64,000 bases of DNA from Eledone cirrhosa (GCA_964016885.1 OZ024759.1:23622001-23686000), one strand, 5' to 3'; numbered from the stretch's first letter, positions 27,135 to 41,520 are shown. The notes: generated by a model from the letters alone, not told the origin. A program made the numbers and translations.

Positions 27135-27595
27135 TATTGTTATACTTTGAGAGGGTCATGTTGCCAATAAGAAACACACGCACCAGTTGCTTTCACTTCA
27201 ATTTATTATAATAAATTTATAAATTTAGGAATTTATAAATTTCCGGTTGGTTGGTTGGTTCCACAACCAGATGGTTGTTTATATATTGTCAAAGTTCTTT
27301 CGTCACACATTCTGTGACCTCTTCAGTGACTGGGGATTCTTTTCTTTGTTTTTGTGCCTCTCCTTTGTTCTTTCCTACGCCATCTTGTCACTGAAGAGGT
27401 CACAGAATGTGTGACGAAAGAACTTTGACAATATATAAACAACCATCTGGTTGTGTAACCAACCAACCAACCAACCAACCAACCGGAAATTTATAAATTC
27501 CTAAATTTATAAATTTATTATAATAAATTGAAGTGAAAGCAACTGGTGCGTGTGTTTCTTATTGGCAACATGACCCTCCCAAAGTATAACAATAT
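27135..27595. repeat. ~195-bp inverted repeat with 56-bp spacer and hammerheads at the inner ends
   Basis: Arms 27135-27330 and 27387-27595, differing mainly in (CCAA)n length. Confidence 0.9.
27385..27431 (+). ncRNA. Minimal type I hammerhead ribozyme (mirror copy on minus strand at ~27287-27330)
   Basis: ttgtca-CTGAAGA-g-gtcaca/gaatg/tgtgac-GAAA-gaac-TT-tgacaa. Confidence 0.7.
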
Positions 27596-27649
27596 CGGTT
27601 TCAACACACGTTTTCAGATAAAAAATCTTGCTAAACAAATTCAGAAACG

Positions 27650-27711
<62 letters not shown>

Positions 27712-27803
27712 GGTCACATAGATGTGTGTGTGTGGTGTGTAAGTGTGTATGTGTATGGTGTGTGTAAGTGTGTGTGTGTGGTGTGTGTGTGTGTGTGGTG
27801 TGT

Positions 27804-27974
27804 ATCGGTAGAGGGTTGGACGCCATGTTTTCCAGCATAGTTACGTCCCTTTACAGTCTGAGTTCAAATCCCGTCGAGGTTAACTTTGCCTTTCATCCTT
27901 ACGGGGTCGATAAAATAAAGTACCAGTAATGTATTGGGTAATTGCTGGTCTTGTGCCGAAAGTAGAAACAATTA
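27804..27974 (+). mobile_element. SINE family 1
   Basis: Core and tail; the same downstream flank recurs after the copy at 30750-30931. Confidence 0.85.
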
Positions 27975-28254
27975 AAGCTTAGATGGCTGAGCATGCTCTT
28001 ACACATGCACCCTTGACGCAATTCTCAGGGAGATTCAGCCTGACATATTGTGTGATATAAGGTTCCCCATTTGAATTACAGGTACAGTCCATCATGTATT
28101 ATAGCTGTATGTATTAAGTGGCTGAGAATACCATTTCCACGTGTACTCGTAACAGAGTTCTCAGGGAGATTCAGCCTTACATAGTGTGTGATAAGAATGA
28201 CCGTTTGAATTTCAGGTACAACTCCTTTTTTCTAGCTGAGTTGAGTGGAGCAAC

Positions 28255-28595
28255 GTGGAATAAAGTGTCTTCCTCAAGGACACAACGTGTCTTGTTCAAA
28301 GACACAGCATTAAATAAAGTGTCTTGCTCAAGGACACAGCATTAAATAAAGTGTCTTGCTCAAGGACACAACGTGAAATAAGGTGTCTTGCTCAAGGACA
28401 CAGTGTAAAATAAAGTGTCTTGCTCAAGGACACAAGGTGGAATGAAGTGTCTTGCTCAAGGACACAAGGTGGACTGAAGTGTCTTGCTCAAGGACACAAG
28501 GTGGAATGAAGTGTCTTGCTCAAGGACACAAGGTGGAATGAAGTGTCTTGCTCAAGGACACAAGGTGGACTGAAGTGTCCGGCTCAAGGACACAA
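28255..28595. repeat. ~31-bp tandem repeat derived from the SINE family 2 core
   Basis: Unit AAGTGTCTTGCTCAAGGACACA+9 nt is the reverse complement of 7441-7470. Confidence 0.9.
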
Positions 28596-29004
28596 TCTTC
28601 CACCGGGAATCATACTCCGCATCAAACAATGTAAACCTGAGGACATCACTTGGTCCCTTAGTACATGACAGAAAAAGGAGCGGCGGGGAGTAGAGGATAG
28701 AGGAGGGTATATGGAGGTATTAGGGAGGATAGATTCTTCTTCCTCTTCCTCTTCTTCTACTTGTTCTTCACCTCACCTTCTTCACCTTCTACTTCTTCTT
28801 CACCTTCTTCTTCTCCTCCTTCACCTTCTTCTTCTCCTCCTTCTCCTTCTTCTTCTTCTTCTTCCCCAAAATATTTGAATTTTGCACTTTAGAACAAGAA
28901 CGCCCCCCCCCACACACACACACACGCCAACACACATATACCAAAAACACACACACCAACACACATATACCAACACACATCCCAACACACACACACACAC
29001 AAAG

Positions 29005-29051
<47 letters not shown>

Positions 29052-29521
29052 ATTAGAAAAATAGAAATAAAATGAAACAATCAGCGACTGTTCTCACAAT
29101 TTTTCTCATCAAAATTGTTGTTGTTGTTGTTATGGTTTTAATGTCCCCCTCCCCCACCCGGATCTCTCTTCCCAAATTCTGAGAATTTCACCACTGAGAA
29201 TCATACAATTATCCTACTAAAAGTGTGTATGGGTGTATGTGTGTGTATGTGTATGTATGTTCGTATGTGTGTGCGTGTGTGTGTGTACATAGGTACGTGT
29301 ATGTGTGTATGCGTGTATGCGTGTGTATGTATATGTGTATGTATGTGTGTATGTATGTATGTATGTGTGTATGTGTGTGTGTTTGTGTGTGTGTGTGTCT
29401 ATGTATGTGTGTATGTGTATGTATATATATATGCGTGTGTGTAATATATGTGTATGTATGTATGTGTATGTATGTATGTGTGTGTATGTATATATGAATA
29501 CATGTATGTATATGTGTATGC

Positions 29522-29553
<32 letters not shown>

Positions 29554-29856
29554 ATGTGTGTATGTATGTGTATATGTATGTGTATATGTATGTGTGTGTG
29601 TATGTGTGTATGCATGTATGTGCATGCATGGTAGATGTATCAAATGTTTACTGAAGCTGAAGCGTGATGTATCAAATGTTTACTGAAGCGTGTAGTACAC
29701 TAGCGCGACAAACGAAGACAGAATTCCTAGAAATGAGAGACGCCTCACCTGATATATATTTACAAACGTTTAGTGACGGTCTAAGGTAGAGACTGAGAGA
29801 GAGGGGGAGGGGGAGTGAGGAGGCACAGAAATTATTTGTTGAATAGAACAAAATTA

Positions 29857-31047
29857 ATGGTTTCTGATTTAGCCACAAGGCCAACAATTTGGTGGCGAGG
29901 GAAAGTCGATTAAAACACCGCCACTGAATTACTGGTACTTTATTTTATCGACCCGTACGGATGAAATGCAAAGTTAACCTCGGCGGGATTTGAACTCAGA
30001 CCGTAAAGGGCTGTAACTCTACGCTGCAAAACATGGTGTCCGACTCTCTACTGATACTGAAAATCCATCGCCCTTTGGATAAAAGAAAATAATGGTCTCT
30101 GATTTAGGCACAAGGCCAGTAATTTGGGGTAAGGGGAAAATCGATGAAATCGACTTCAGTGCATTACTGGTACTTTATTTTATCGACCCTCGTAATGATG
30201 AACGGCAAAGCTAAGCTCGGCAGGATTTGAATTCAGGTCGTAAAGGAGCGCAACCTTGTGCCATAAAGCATGTTGTCCGGCGCTCTAACGACACTGCTAA
30301 TCCACTGCCCTTGAATAGAAGGAAATAATAAAATACTTCATATGTAAATATACTTTAGTTGTTGAAGTGACGTCCGAACGAGTATCCACCACCACCACCA
30401 ACAACAACTAACTTGCGCTCCGCCTCTGGGTCCTGGGCGACTGGATGGAGAATGCAATGCCGCAGAGGAGGGCGAGAGAGACGCGTTGAAACAGCAACTG
30501 CACCTCGCGAAGCTCGCAGCTGCGGGCGGCCATCTCCACCCTGATAGCAAAAATGTGTTTTTCTACACGAATTATGAGGACAGAACAATTTAAATATGTC
30601 TTTATTCATTTATGTATGTCAATTAAATCGATCCCAGTCAATCTATTTTATCGACTTTATTTTCTCGACACTATAAGGATGGAATGCAAAGCTAGTATCA
30701 GCGGGACTTGAATACAGAACGTAAAGATACGTAACTCGATACCACAAAGTGAATTGGCAATATCGGTAGAGGGTCGGACGACATGCTTTCCAACATAGTT
30801 ACGTCCCTTTACGGTCTGAGTTCAAATCCCATCGAGGTTAACTTTGCCTTTCATCCTTACGGAGTCGATAAAATAAAGTACCAGTAATGTATTGGGTAAT
30901 TGCTGGCCTTGTGCCAAAAGTAGAAACAATTGTAGCTTAGATGGCTGAGCATGCTCTTACACATGAACCCTTGTACCATAAAGGGCCATAACTCTATGCT
31001 GCAATGCATGGTGTCTGACGCTCTACCGAATCTGCCAACCCACCGCC
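29857..31047. mobile_element. Cluster of SINE family 1 copies
   Basis: Copies at ~29857-30073 (-), 30090-30311 (-), 30620-30745 (-), 30750-30931 (+), 30977-31047 (-). Confidence 0.8.
30410..30540 (-). mobile_element. Possible 3' remnant of a CRE/RLE-type non-LTR retrotransposon
   Basis: Unlisted frame reads VEMAARSCELREVQLLFQRVSLALLCGIAFSI, resembling the 'FLFQRLSIAIQRGNA' C-terminus of CRE-like ORFs (from recall). Confidence 0.5.
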
Positions 31048-31102
31048 ATTCTGCTAACATAATAGCCGTGTGTTTTTGTCCCTAACGCAATAGAGATAAT
31101 TG

Positions 31103-33055
31103 GGGAAGGAAGGGGTAATTACGTCGACAGAGGAAGGAAGGGGTGGTTACGTTGATTGAGAAAGGAAGGGGTGATTACATCAACTGAGGAAGGAAGGGGT
31201 GATGACGTCGACTGAGGAAGGAAGGGGTAATTACGTCGACAGAGGAAGGAAGGGGTGATTACGTCGACTGAGGAAGGAAGGGGCGATGACGTCGACTGAG
31301 GAAGGAAGGGGCGATTACGTCGACTGAGGAAGGAAGGGGTGATTACGTCGACTGAGGAAGGAAGGGGTGATTACGTCGACTGAGGAAGGAAAAGATGATT
31401 ACGTTGACTGAGGAAGGAAGGGGCGATGACGTCGACTGAGGAAGGAAGGGGTGATTACGTCAACTGAGGAAGGAAAAGATGATTACGTTGACTGAGGAAG
31501 GAAGGGGCGATGACGTCGACTGAGGAAGGAAGGGGTGATGACGTCGACTGAGTAAGGAAAAGATGATTACGGTGACTGAGGAAGGAAGGGGTGATTACGT
31601 CGACTGAGGAAGGAAGGGGTGATTACGTCGACTGAGGAAGGAAGGGGCGATTACGTCGACTGAGGAAGGAAGGGGCGATGACGTCGACTGAGGAAGGAAG
31701 GGGCGATTACGTCGACTGAGTAAGGAAAAGATGATTACGTTGACTGAGGAAGGAAGGGGTGATTACGTCGACTGAGGAAGGAAGGGGTGATTACGTCGAC
31801 TGAGGAAGGAAGGGGCGATTACGTCGACTGAGGAAAGAAGGGGTGATTACGTCGACTGAGGAAGGAAGGGGTGATGACATCGACTGAGGAAGGAAGGGGT
31901 GATTACGTTGACTGAGGAAAGAAGGGGTGATTACGTCGACTGAGGAAGGAGGGGGTGATGACATCGACTGAGGAAGGAAGGGGTGATTACGTCGACTGAG
32001 GAAAGAAGGGGTGATTACGTCGACTGAGGAAGGAAGGGGTGATGACATCGACTGAGGAAGGAAGGGGTGATTACGTTGATTGAGGAAGGAAGGGGTGATT
32101 ACGTCGACTAAGGAAGGAAGGGGTGATTACGTCGACTGAGGAAGGAAGGGGCGATTACGTCGACTGAGTAAGGAAAAGATGATTACGTTGACTGAGGAAG
32201 GAAGGGGTGATTACGTCGACTGAGGAAGGAAGGGGTGATTACGTCGACTGAGGAAGGAAGGGGCGATTACGTCGACTGAGGAAAGAAGGGGTGATTACGT
32301 CGACTGAGGAAGGAAGGGGTGATGACATCGACTGAGGAAGGAAGGGGTGATTACGTTGACTGAGGAAAGAAGGGGTGATTACGTCGACTGAGGAAGGAAG
32401 GGGTGATGACATCGACTGAGGAAGGAAGGGGTGATTACGTCGACTGAGGAAAGAAGGGGTGATTACGTCGACTGAGGAAGGAAGGGGTGATGACATCGAC
32501 TGAGGAAGGAAGGGGTGATTACGTTGATTGAGGAAGGAAGGGGTGATTACGTCGACTAAGGAAGGAAGGGGTGATTACGTCGACTGAGGAAGGAAGGGGT
32601 GATGACGTCGACTAAGGAAGGAAGGGGTGATGACGTCGACTGAGGAAGGAAGGGGCGATGACGTTGACTGAGGAAGGAAGGGGCGATGACGTTGACTGAG
32701 GAAGGAAGGGGCGATGACGTCGACTGAGGAAGGAAGGGATGATTACGTTGACTGAGGAAGGAAGGGGTGATTACGTCGACTGAGGAAGGAAGGGGTGATT
32801 ACGTCGACTGAGGAAAGAAGGGGTGATTACGTCGACTGAGGAAGGAAGGGGTGATGACATCGACTGAGGAAGGAAGGGGTGATTACGTTGATTGAGGAAG
32901 GAAGGGGTGATTACGTCGACTAAGGAAGGAAGGGGTGATTACGTCGACTGAGGAAGGAAAAGGTTATTACGTTGACTGAAGAAGAGATGGGTGATGACAT
33001 TGAGTGAGGAAGGAAGGGGTGATTACGTTGACTGAGGAAGGAAAGGGTGATTATG
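31103..33055. repeat. 28-bp minisatellite, about 70 copies
   Basis: Unit GAGGAAGGAAGGGGTGATTACGTCGACT. Confidence 0.97.
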
Positions 33056-33751
33056 TCTTCTATAGGGCACAACAACAACAACACCAACACCAAACTGGGG
33101 AACCGTAATTTTCAAAAAGATATTTGCTGAAGTGGGCCGAAAGTTTTAAGTGCCGGAGGAGGGTCTTAAAATACCTGAAGGCCTAGACTAAAGAACCAGA
33201 GAAGGGCCTGAAATATCTGAAAGCCTAGCGACCCGGCAATGGGTTAATACAGCTTTGCAGGGCGATTGAAACATTCAAAATGTCAGGTAAACCATGTCCT
33301 TTTCTTTCGTCGGAATATAATTTTGTATTCCTCTCTACGTCTTGCTAGCCATCTCCATGCATGTACATACAAGCAGGTTCATAGTATATTGTGATCTCAA
33401 CAAGATACTTCACACACTGTCATGTAATAAACCAAATTATACTATCACGTCAGGTAATCTTATTCCTTCAAATGGAATTTTACGGTGAGACAAGATGAAC
33501 TATATAGTTTAAAAAATTAATAAATGCTCTGCATAGTTTTAAGTTTTATCTAGATAAGATTATGTGACAGGTCATAACACCACACGATCAACTCCACCAC
33601 TTTAGATATATCCATATAGCCATAACTCAACTACGTAGCAAAGAGGTTTAATGATTCCTTTATTAACTGCAGGAAATGATCATATATTTAATTTAATTTA
33701 ATTTAATTTATACGAATTTGTATGTAACTGTGATCCTTTAAGTTTCAGTAA

Positions 33752-33962
33752 TAATGGCTTCTTATACAGGCACAAAGCCAGCAATTTTTGGGGAGGGGAA
33801 AATCGATTAAATCGACTCCAGTGGGTGACTGGTACTTTATTTTATCGATCCCGTAAGGATGGAAGGCAAAGTTAACCTCGGCGGGATTTGAATTCAAATT
33901 ATAAAGGGCCGTAACTCTATGCTGCAAAGCATGGCGTCCGACCCTCTACCGATACTGCCTAT
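33752..33962 (-). mobile_element. SINE family 1
   Basis: Reverse-complement match. Confidence 0.85.
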
Positions 33963-34102
33963 TCAGTAATAATGCGTCTCTTTGAGTCCTGCGCCCTTGG
34001 TAGCTGCTTAGTTGACTTTAATTGTAGCTCCGACACCGTATGTGAGTAAACGATTACAAGCGAAGCCCATACCTCTCCAGGCTGGAAGAGAGTCGATTTC
34101 TT

Positions 34103-34490
<388 letters not shown>

Positions 34491-34704
34491 GAATCTCCTT
34501 AATGCTGGATTTGAACTTCTTTTTATCGGCCTTGAATAGATGAAAGCTCAAGTTGACCTCGGTGGGATTTGAACTCAGAACGTCCAGAGAACCGAAACAA
34601 TTATCAAGACATATTTAATGGGAAACTCTAACAACTCTGTCAACTCGCCGCTTTGACACGTCTGATAAATCGGCCAATAAAGACAGAATGACATGACTGA
34701 CAAG

Positions 34705-35560
34705 GGCAGTATCGGTAGAGCGTCGCTCAACATTCTTTGCGGCATAGAGTTACGTCCCTATACGTTCTGAGTTCAAATTCCATTGAGGTTACCTTTGCTT
34801 TGATCCCTACGTGGGTCAATAAAATAAGGTACCAGTAACGCACTGGGGTCGAAACAATCGACTTTCCCCTCCACACAAAAGTGTTGACCTCGAAACTAAA
34901 TCAGAAACCTTTCTCTTTTTGGGGGTTGGGGATTTGGGGGTTAGGTGGTGGACTGGCAGTATCGGTAGAGCGCCGGACGCCATGCTTTGCAGCATAGAGT
35001 TACAGCCCTTTATGAACTGAGTTCAAATCCCACCGAGGTTAACTTTGCCTTTCATCCTTACGTGGTTGATAAAATAAAGTACCAGTAACGCACTGGTGTC
35101 GATTTAATCAACTTTCTCCTTCCCAAATTATCGGTAGAGATTCGGACACCATGCTTTGACACATTGAGTTACGCCCCTTGGCATTCTGAGTTCTAATCCC
35201 ACCGAGGTTAACTTTGCCTTTCATCCTTACGGGGGTCGATAAAATAAAGTACCAGTAATATACTGGTAATTGATGGCCTTGTGCCAAATGTAGAAACAAT
35301 TATTATTATTTTCGTTCTGAGTTCAAATCTCACCGAGGTGAGCTTCGCCTTTCTAAAATAAAGTACCAGTAATGTACTGGGTAATTGCTGGCCTTGTGCC
35401 AAATGTAGAAACAATTATTATTATTTTCGTTCTGAGTTCAAATCTCACCGAGGTGAGCTTCGCCTTTCTAAAATAAAATACCAGTAACAGACTGGAGTCG
35501 ATTTAATCAACTTTATCCTCAACCCAAATTGTTGGCGTGGTGCTTAAACCAGAAAGCATT
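34705..35560 (+). mobile_element. Head-to-tail cluster of five SINE family 1 copies/fragments
   Basis: Repeated B box and core; local ~115-bp duplication 35255-35485. Confidence 0.85.
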
Positions 35561-35874
35561 TTATGACTGTAAATCTTATGACTGATTGTCAAAGTTTTAC
35601 TGATGTCAAGTATATGGGTATTAGTTAGTATTCAATGAAGTAGAACAGTAATTCATGTGTAGTCACAGGTGTAGTGGATATTGTATCCATGGTTAGTAAC
35701 GTACTTAAATCTAAACATACCAGCTTACAGGTTTACATAGCTTTACTTAAGGCTGAGAGCAGAGATTATATGGTAAACCTTTTAAACTGATAAATTATAT
35801 ATACATATACATATATGTATAAACATACGTTTATCCCGGGTTCAATCGGGGGTAACGACAGTAAATAAGGAAAT

Positions 35875-35931
35875 AAGGGCTTCCTGATGATTTCTCCCGA
35901 ATGAAACAGTTCTAGTCCTGTAGAAGCCTTT
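35875..35931 (+). ncRNA. Type I hammerhead ribozyme, family B variant
   Basis: aagggcttc-CTGATGA-tttc/tccc/gaat-GAAA-cagttctagtcctg-TA-gaagccttt; compensatory stem I changes versus 27055. Confidence 0.8.
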
Positions 35932-35962
35932 TCTATATTAAATATATATAAACATATATATG

Positions 35963-36265
35963 TATATATCCAAAATTAAGTTAAATTAAGGGTGTCATGT
36001 TAGATAGACATGCGCCATATCACCCGTAAAATATGCTCCAAGATTCCAATAAATAGATCCGAGCATTTTATATCAACTAGAAATTGATTGACATATAAAT
36101 ATAAAGTCTGTTGTGTGATTGTGTGTATGTGTGTGTGTATTTGTGTCTAGTTGATAGAAAATGCTCGGATCTATTTCATTGGAATCTTGGAGCATATTTT
36201 ACGGATGATATGGCGCATGTCTATCTGACATGACACCCTTAATTTAACTTAATTTTGGATATATA
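35963..36265. repeat. ~118-bp inverted repeat
   Basis: 35963-36081 versus 36146-36265. Confidence 0.85.
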
Positions 36266-36737
36266 TAAATACGGCCCCTTAATTGTAGAGTTAACTCAGT
36301 TGAAAGGACTTGACTGCTATTTCTAGTTGTCGATATTCACGCCACTGGGACGAAGCTGGTACGATGTGTGTATTTTTTATAAATACAGCACGTGTTACTG
36401 GCCAGTCGCTGATTTGAATTTGGTGCGCAAACACAGATGGTTAGTCCTCTTCCTTGTTGAAAATCCAGGATCTGGCTACTGTCGTTTACCAATCGATTAA
36501 TTGGTGAAATATATTTCTTTAATGGAATATATACAAGGAAGATTAATCAATTTATAAGGTATCTATTTTTGCAGTTCTACTTAAACTTTATTTAGTTACC
36601 TACATAGCTATGTGTGCTTACACACTTTTACAAATTATCCCCTGTGATTGTTTCATATGTTTATTTTAGATATATTTATATGTCAATCAATTTCTAGTTG
36701 ATATAAACATATATATATACATACATACATATATATT

Positions 36738-36832
36738 ACACCAAAACACATTGAAACGGAAACAGACCCCATAAAGTTCAAGAAGTCTATGGACAAATTC
36801 CTTCAAGAAATCCCGGATAAACCGCCTACACC

Positions 36833-36836
<4 letters not shown>
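36738..36836 (+). mobile_element. Short 3' ORF fragment of the same CR1/L2-like family
   Basis: Encodes [32 protein letters not shown], matching the C-terminus of ORF 20157-21737. Confidence 0.8.
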
Positions 36837-36881
<45 letters not shown>

Positions 36882-36886
36882 GTGTA

Positions 36887-36948
<62 letters not shown>

Positions 36949-36955
<7 letters not shown>

Positions 36956-37286
36956 CGTAGTTTAGAAAGCCACAACAATGCAGAGGGAAATCTCGAGGTA
37001 GGAAGTGAAGGAGAAATAGGAGAAAGTGAAAATTGAGAGAGACAAAGATGAAAACAAAACAAAGGTAGAAGGGTTACCGCAGTGGAGATTTAATCCCAAT
37101 ATTTCGGGCTCACGCTCATCAACGGGGGAAAGTTCCAAAAGGGGGGGGGGGGGGGGAGGGGAACAGGCTAAGCGGAGAAAGTTGTGATGTCGTTAAAACA
37201 GGAATGCCGTTTCTCCTATCTATCATTCACTTCCTACCTCGAGATTTCCCTCTGCATTGTTGTGGCTTTCTAAACTACGTATTTTA
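36949..37286. repeat. ~60-bp terminal inverted repeat element
   Basis: 36950-37009 versus 37226-37285; decayed hammerhead-like TTGATGA..GAAA on minus at ~37094-37128. Confidence 0.8.
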
Positions 37287-37349
37287 CACATTTCACAATG
37301 CTTCAAGCAAACTTTAACACCCTCATATATATATATATATTTGTGTGTA

Positions 37350-37395
<46 letters not shown>

Positions 37396-37655
37396 CAAAT
37401 GTATATATAATTACAGACTGATATGCAATTAGATAACAGGTGAAAACAAAGTTATATAATTGTTTCTACGTTAGGCACAAGGCCACCAATTACCCAGTGC
37501 ATTACTGGTACTTTATTTTATCGACCCCGGCAAAGTTAACCTTGGCGGGATTTGAACTCAGAATGGCAAGGGCCGTAACTCTATACAAAGTTATATAATG
37601 GAAAAACAACAGCACCAACAACAACAATACTAAAAAGAGAAACATTTGTAAATAC

Positions 37656-37746
37656 CTTCTGAGTATAGGCCAGGCAGAAAAAGCAAGAGTATGAGACAAG
37701 ACCACGGTGGAGTCGGGGTCAGCGTCATCTTCTCACTTAGGTACAC
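37656..37746 (-). CDS. Candidate first coding exon encoding a signal peptide (MTLTPTPPWSCLILLLFLPGLYSE)
   Basis: Acceptor aattag, ATG at 37728, hydrophobic core, donor AG|gtattt in phase 1. Confidence 0.55.
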
Positions 37747-37935
37747 CTAATTCATTTGAACAGAAAAGCCACTGAAACACACCCTTTTATACCCGGATCA
37801 AATGAATAAAATTTGGCACAGACTTATCTCCTGTCCCTCTCTCCCTCCCTCTCTCCTTGTGGTTACAGACACACACACATATATATATATACACACACAC
37901 GCACACATACATATGTATATATATATATTTGTGTC

Positions 37936-38014
<79 letters not shown>

Positions 38015-38258
38015 GTGTGTGTGTGTGTGTGTGTGTGTATAGATATATGTATGTGTGTGTAAGAATATATGTAGATATGTATTTATTATATGTACACCGA
38101 AGAGGTGCGGCTGGAGAATTTAAAGCATTTGTGTAATGGCGACGCTAATTAAGAGGGGGTAAGAGCAGATAAGAAGCAACTGTTGATGAAATCAAGCATG
38201 AATTCATGTATTCACAGCATTGTATTTTTACGTGGTTTTGCGTGTTACATACACACAG

Positions 38259-38318
<60 letters not shown>

Positions 38319-38611
38319 CAAAGGAAATGTGGTAAGGAACCAGGTGGACCATTACCCACTCTACTACCCTAAGTATTGAGTACTTTGGTGCGTTATGGTC
38401 CACCTGGTTCCTTATATATATATATTGGTTGAATTTTCTCTTATAACTTTGATACACACACACACACACATACACATATATGTATATATTTAGATGCATA
38501 CACGCATATATACGCACATTCATACATACATATATACATACATACATACATACATACATACATACGCATGTACGTACATACATACATACATACATACATA
38601 CACACATACAT

Positions 38612-40222
38612 GATGATGGCTGCCCCCTCATTATCGAGTATGCCCATTGCACGAAAAAAAACACACATATATATTAATAATTAACGTTGCTGCGATCGAA
38701 TGTGGCTTTTTAGCCTAGCCAATGATCTAAAATGTCTTGCACAGAGTTGGCAACCAAAATATTCACTGGCAAAAGTCAACAGCGGTTAGACTTTATGTAC
38801 TTTCGCATGTCGTTTGAGCCCTCCTGCTGATCTACACTCTCTACCACATGCTTGGCAGGCATGATGAGCAGCATCTCCGACAGTAGCCTGGTACTCAACC
38901 ACTGGTCTCACTTTATGACTGCGAAGATGACTTTCGAATCCAGCTTTGCTGAGGCAGAGTCTTGCAGAGACGCTGCATGTCTGCGCCATAGGCGGACCTT
39001 TTCTGTCTGGAAATGTAACAGCAATGCCTTTCCTTTTTACTTTCTCGTATATGATTCGAGATGATTCAAAAGCAACTTTCCTCTCGTGTACATTTATTAC
39101 GATCAGCAGCAACGCTTTCCCATGTATCAACACAGATGTTAACATCTTTCAATGAGGCTTTCAACGAATCCTTATACCTCTTTTTTGGTTTATGTGGGGG
39201 TCGTTTTCCTTTAACTAACTCTCCATAAAAGAGTTGTTTTAGTATCCTAGAATCCTTCATCCTGGCAAAGTGACCACTCCATCGGAGTCTTTGCTTAAAC
39301 ACAAGAGCTTCTATACTTTCATACAGAGAGCTTTCCAAAATCTCGACATCACTGATGTGGTCCCTCCAGTGAACGCCATGGATCCGTCTGAGACACATCT
39401 AATGAAAACGTTCCAACTATTTAAGGTAGTGTCGATATGTGACCCAGATCTCGCAGGCATAAATAAGAGAAGAGAGCACGCATGCCTTGTACAACTTTAC
39501 CTTTGTCTTCTTGCATATGTCTCACCGACCCCAGAGGCTCCTTCCTCGCTTTCCGAAAGCATCACTTGCTTTCCTAATCCTGAGTGGAATTTCATTATCA
39601 AGATTGCTGTATCGGTTGACAGTGCTTCCCGGGTAGACAAACTGATCAACCACTCCAAGTCGTTTACCATACACATAGATATCTGGTTCATTGTACTGCT
39701 TACCAGGGACATGTTGATATATGACAACGGTTTTCTTGAGACTGACAGTCAATCCTAGAGCAGTGCAAGCATCAGAAAATGACTTTAAAATGTGCTGCAT
39801 ATCAATCTGCATGTGCGCTACAAGATAGCAATCATCTGCATACAAGAGGTCTCTTATGATTGAGGTAAAAAAATATGCTGCCAGAGATTCGATAGTAGAT
39901 GTAAACACCATGCTTGCAATTCCTGAATGCAATATAGAAAACCATCGCAATGTATATGGCAAATAGGGTCAGTGCTGTAATATCCCCCTGTTTTACTCCA
40001 TTTTTCACTGAGATAGGCACCAACATGTTACCTCTGACATTAACCCAAGCCTTCGTGTCATCATGGAAATACCTAACCAAAGCAAGGAACTTATGAGGGC
40101 AACCACGTTTCTGGAGAACCTTCCAAAATGCATTTCTGTTAACAGTATCGAAAGCTTTCGTCAGATCGACAAAACCATGATACAGATCCAAGCCCTGTTC
40201 TTGCTTCGTCTCGATCAGAGAC
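38612..40222 (-). mobile_element. Degenerate 5'-truncated RTE-clade LINE
   Basis: Frameshifted pieces FVDLTKAFDTV, GVKQG, LLYADD, RLRWSGH..RM, GKRPPHKPKKRYKD; C-terminal C2H2-like motifs; ends at CCATCATCA before (TATG)n. Confidence 0.9.
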
Positions 40223-40345
40223 AATAATGATTAATCATATTCAGATATATATCTCTACGAATTATATATTTCTGTTTTTGTTGTTTATATAACTAACTAA
40301 CTTGGTTGAAAACTACAGCGAAATTTTCAAACTGTTTCAATTTAA

Positions 40346-40543
40346 CCTTTTAGCATTTAAACCGGCCATATCCGGCCAGAATTCTCTCACTTCTTTCTGT
40401 TCAAACCGGCTGTAACTGGCCACTCATACTGATATTAAGGTATTGTTCTCAAAATAAATAACATTGAAATCTCAATTATGTGAGATAAAGCTTTTACCGC
40501 GAAAATACAATAGTATATATAGAGCAATGTAAATGCTAAAGCG
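40346..40543. mobile_element. piggyBac-type MITE (~200 bp)
   Basis: TTAA flanks; TIR CCTTTTAGCATTTA / TAAATGCTAAAGCG; colinear with 1213-1534. Confidence 0.8.
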
Positions 40544-40804
40544 TTAAAGGGCAATACTGTGCTTGGTTCTAATGAAGGAATTTGACTACCTACCTCTTTA
40601 GAAGGTTACGTGATGCTTCCACAGTGTAAAACTATTACCGCCGCCATTGTGGGGTTATGTTTGGTCTCGGCTGATATCTCGGACAGGTTCCTTCACTAGA
40701 TAATTCGTCCCTATATATGTTACTGTTGTAACTAATTATACTTAACTCGTCCTTTGGACAGAGTGCTTTTACCCTAGGATACTTCTACCAAACTTATTCT
40801 ACTA

Positions 40805-40859
<55 letters not shown>

Positions 40860-40890
40860 TTGTGTGTTTGTGTGTGTGTGTGTGTATTTA

Positions 40891-40964
<74 letters not shown>

Positions 40965-41113
40965 TATATGTATACATACATATATATATACATACATATA
41001 TATATATATATATAGATATATACATATATATATATACATATATATATATACATATATACATATATATATATACATATATACCATATATATATATATATAT
41101 ATACATATATACC

Positions 41114-41199
<86 letters not shown>

Positions 41200-41430
41200 G
41201 CATATATATATATATGTGTATGTGTGTGTGTGTGTATAGGAAAAGAGCCAGGACCCCGACGGCTGAGCGCCGGCCATTTCCACAGCTAGATCCGAACGTT
41301 CGGATCTAGTCGAAACGGGCGGGGCTCAGCCGCCGGGGTCCTGACTCTTTTCCTATTACCCACTCTACTACCCTAAGTATTGAGTACTCTGGTGCGTTAT
41401 GGTCCACATCGTTCCTTACCACACTTTCTT

Positions 41431-41492
<62 letters not shown>

Positions 41493-41520
41493 TACATATA
41501 TATATATGCATATATATATA

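Noticed and set aside
28255-28595. CRISPR-like constant repeat with variable linkers
   Set aside because: Eukaryotic context, 9-nt related linkers, SINE-derived repeat, no cas genes
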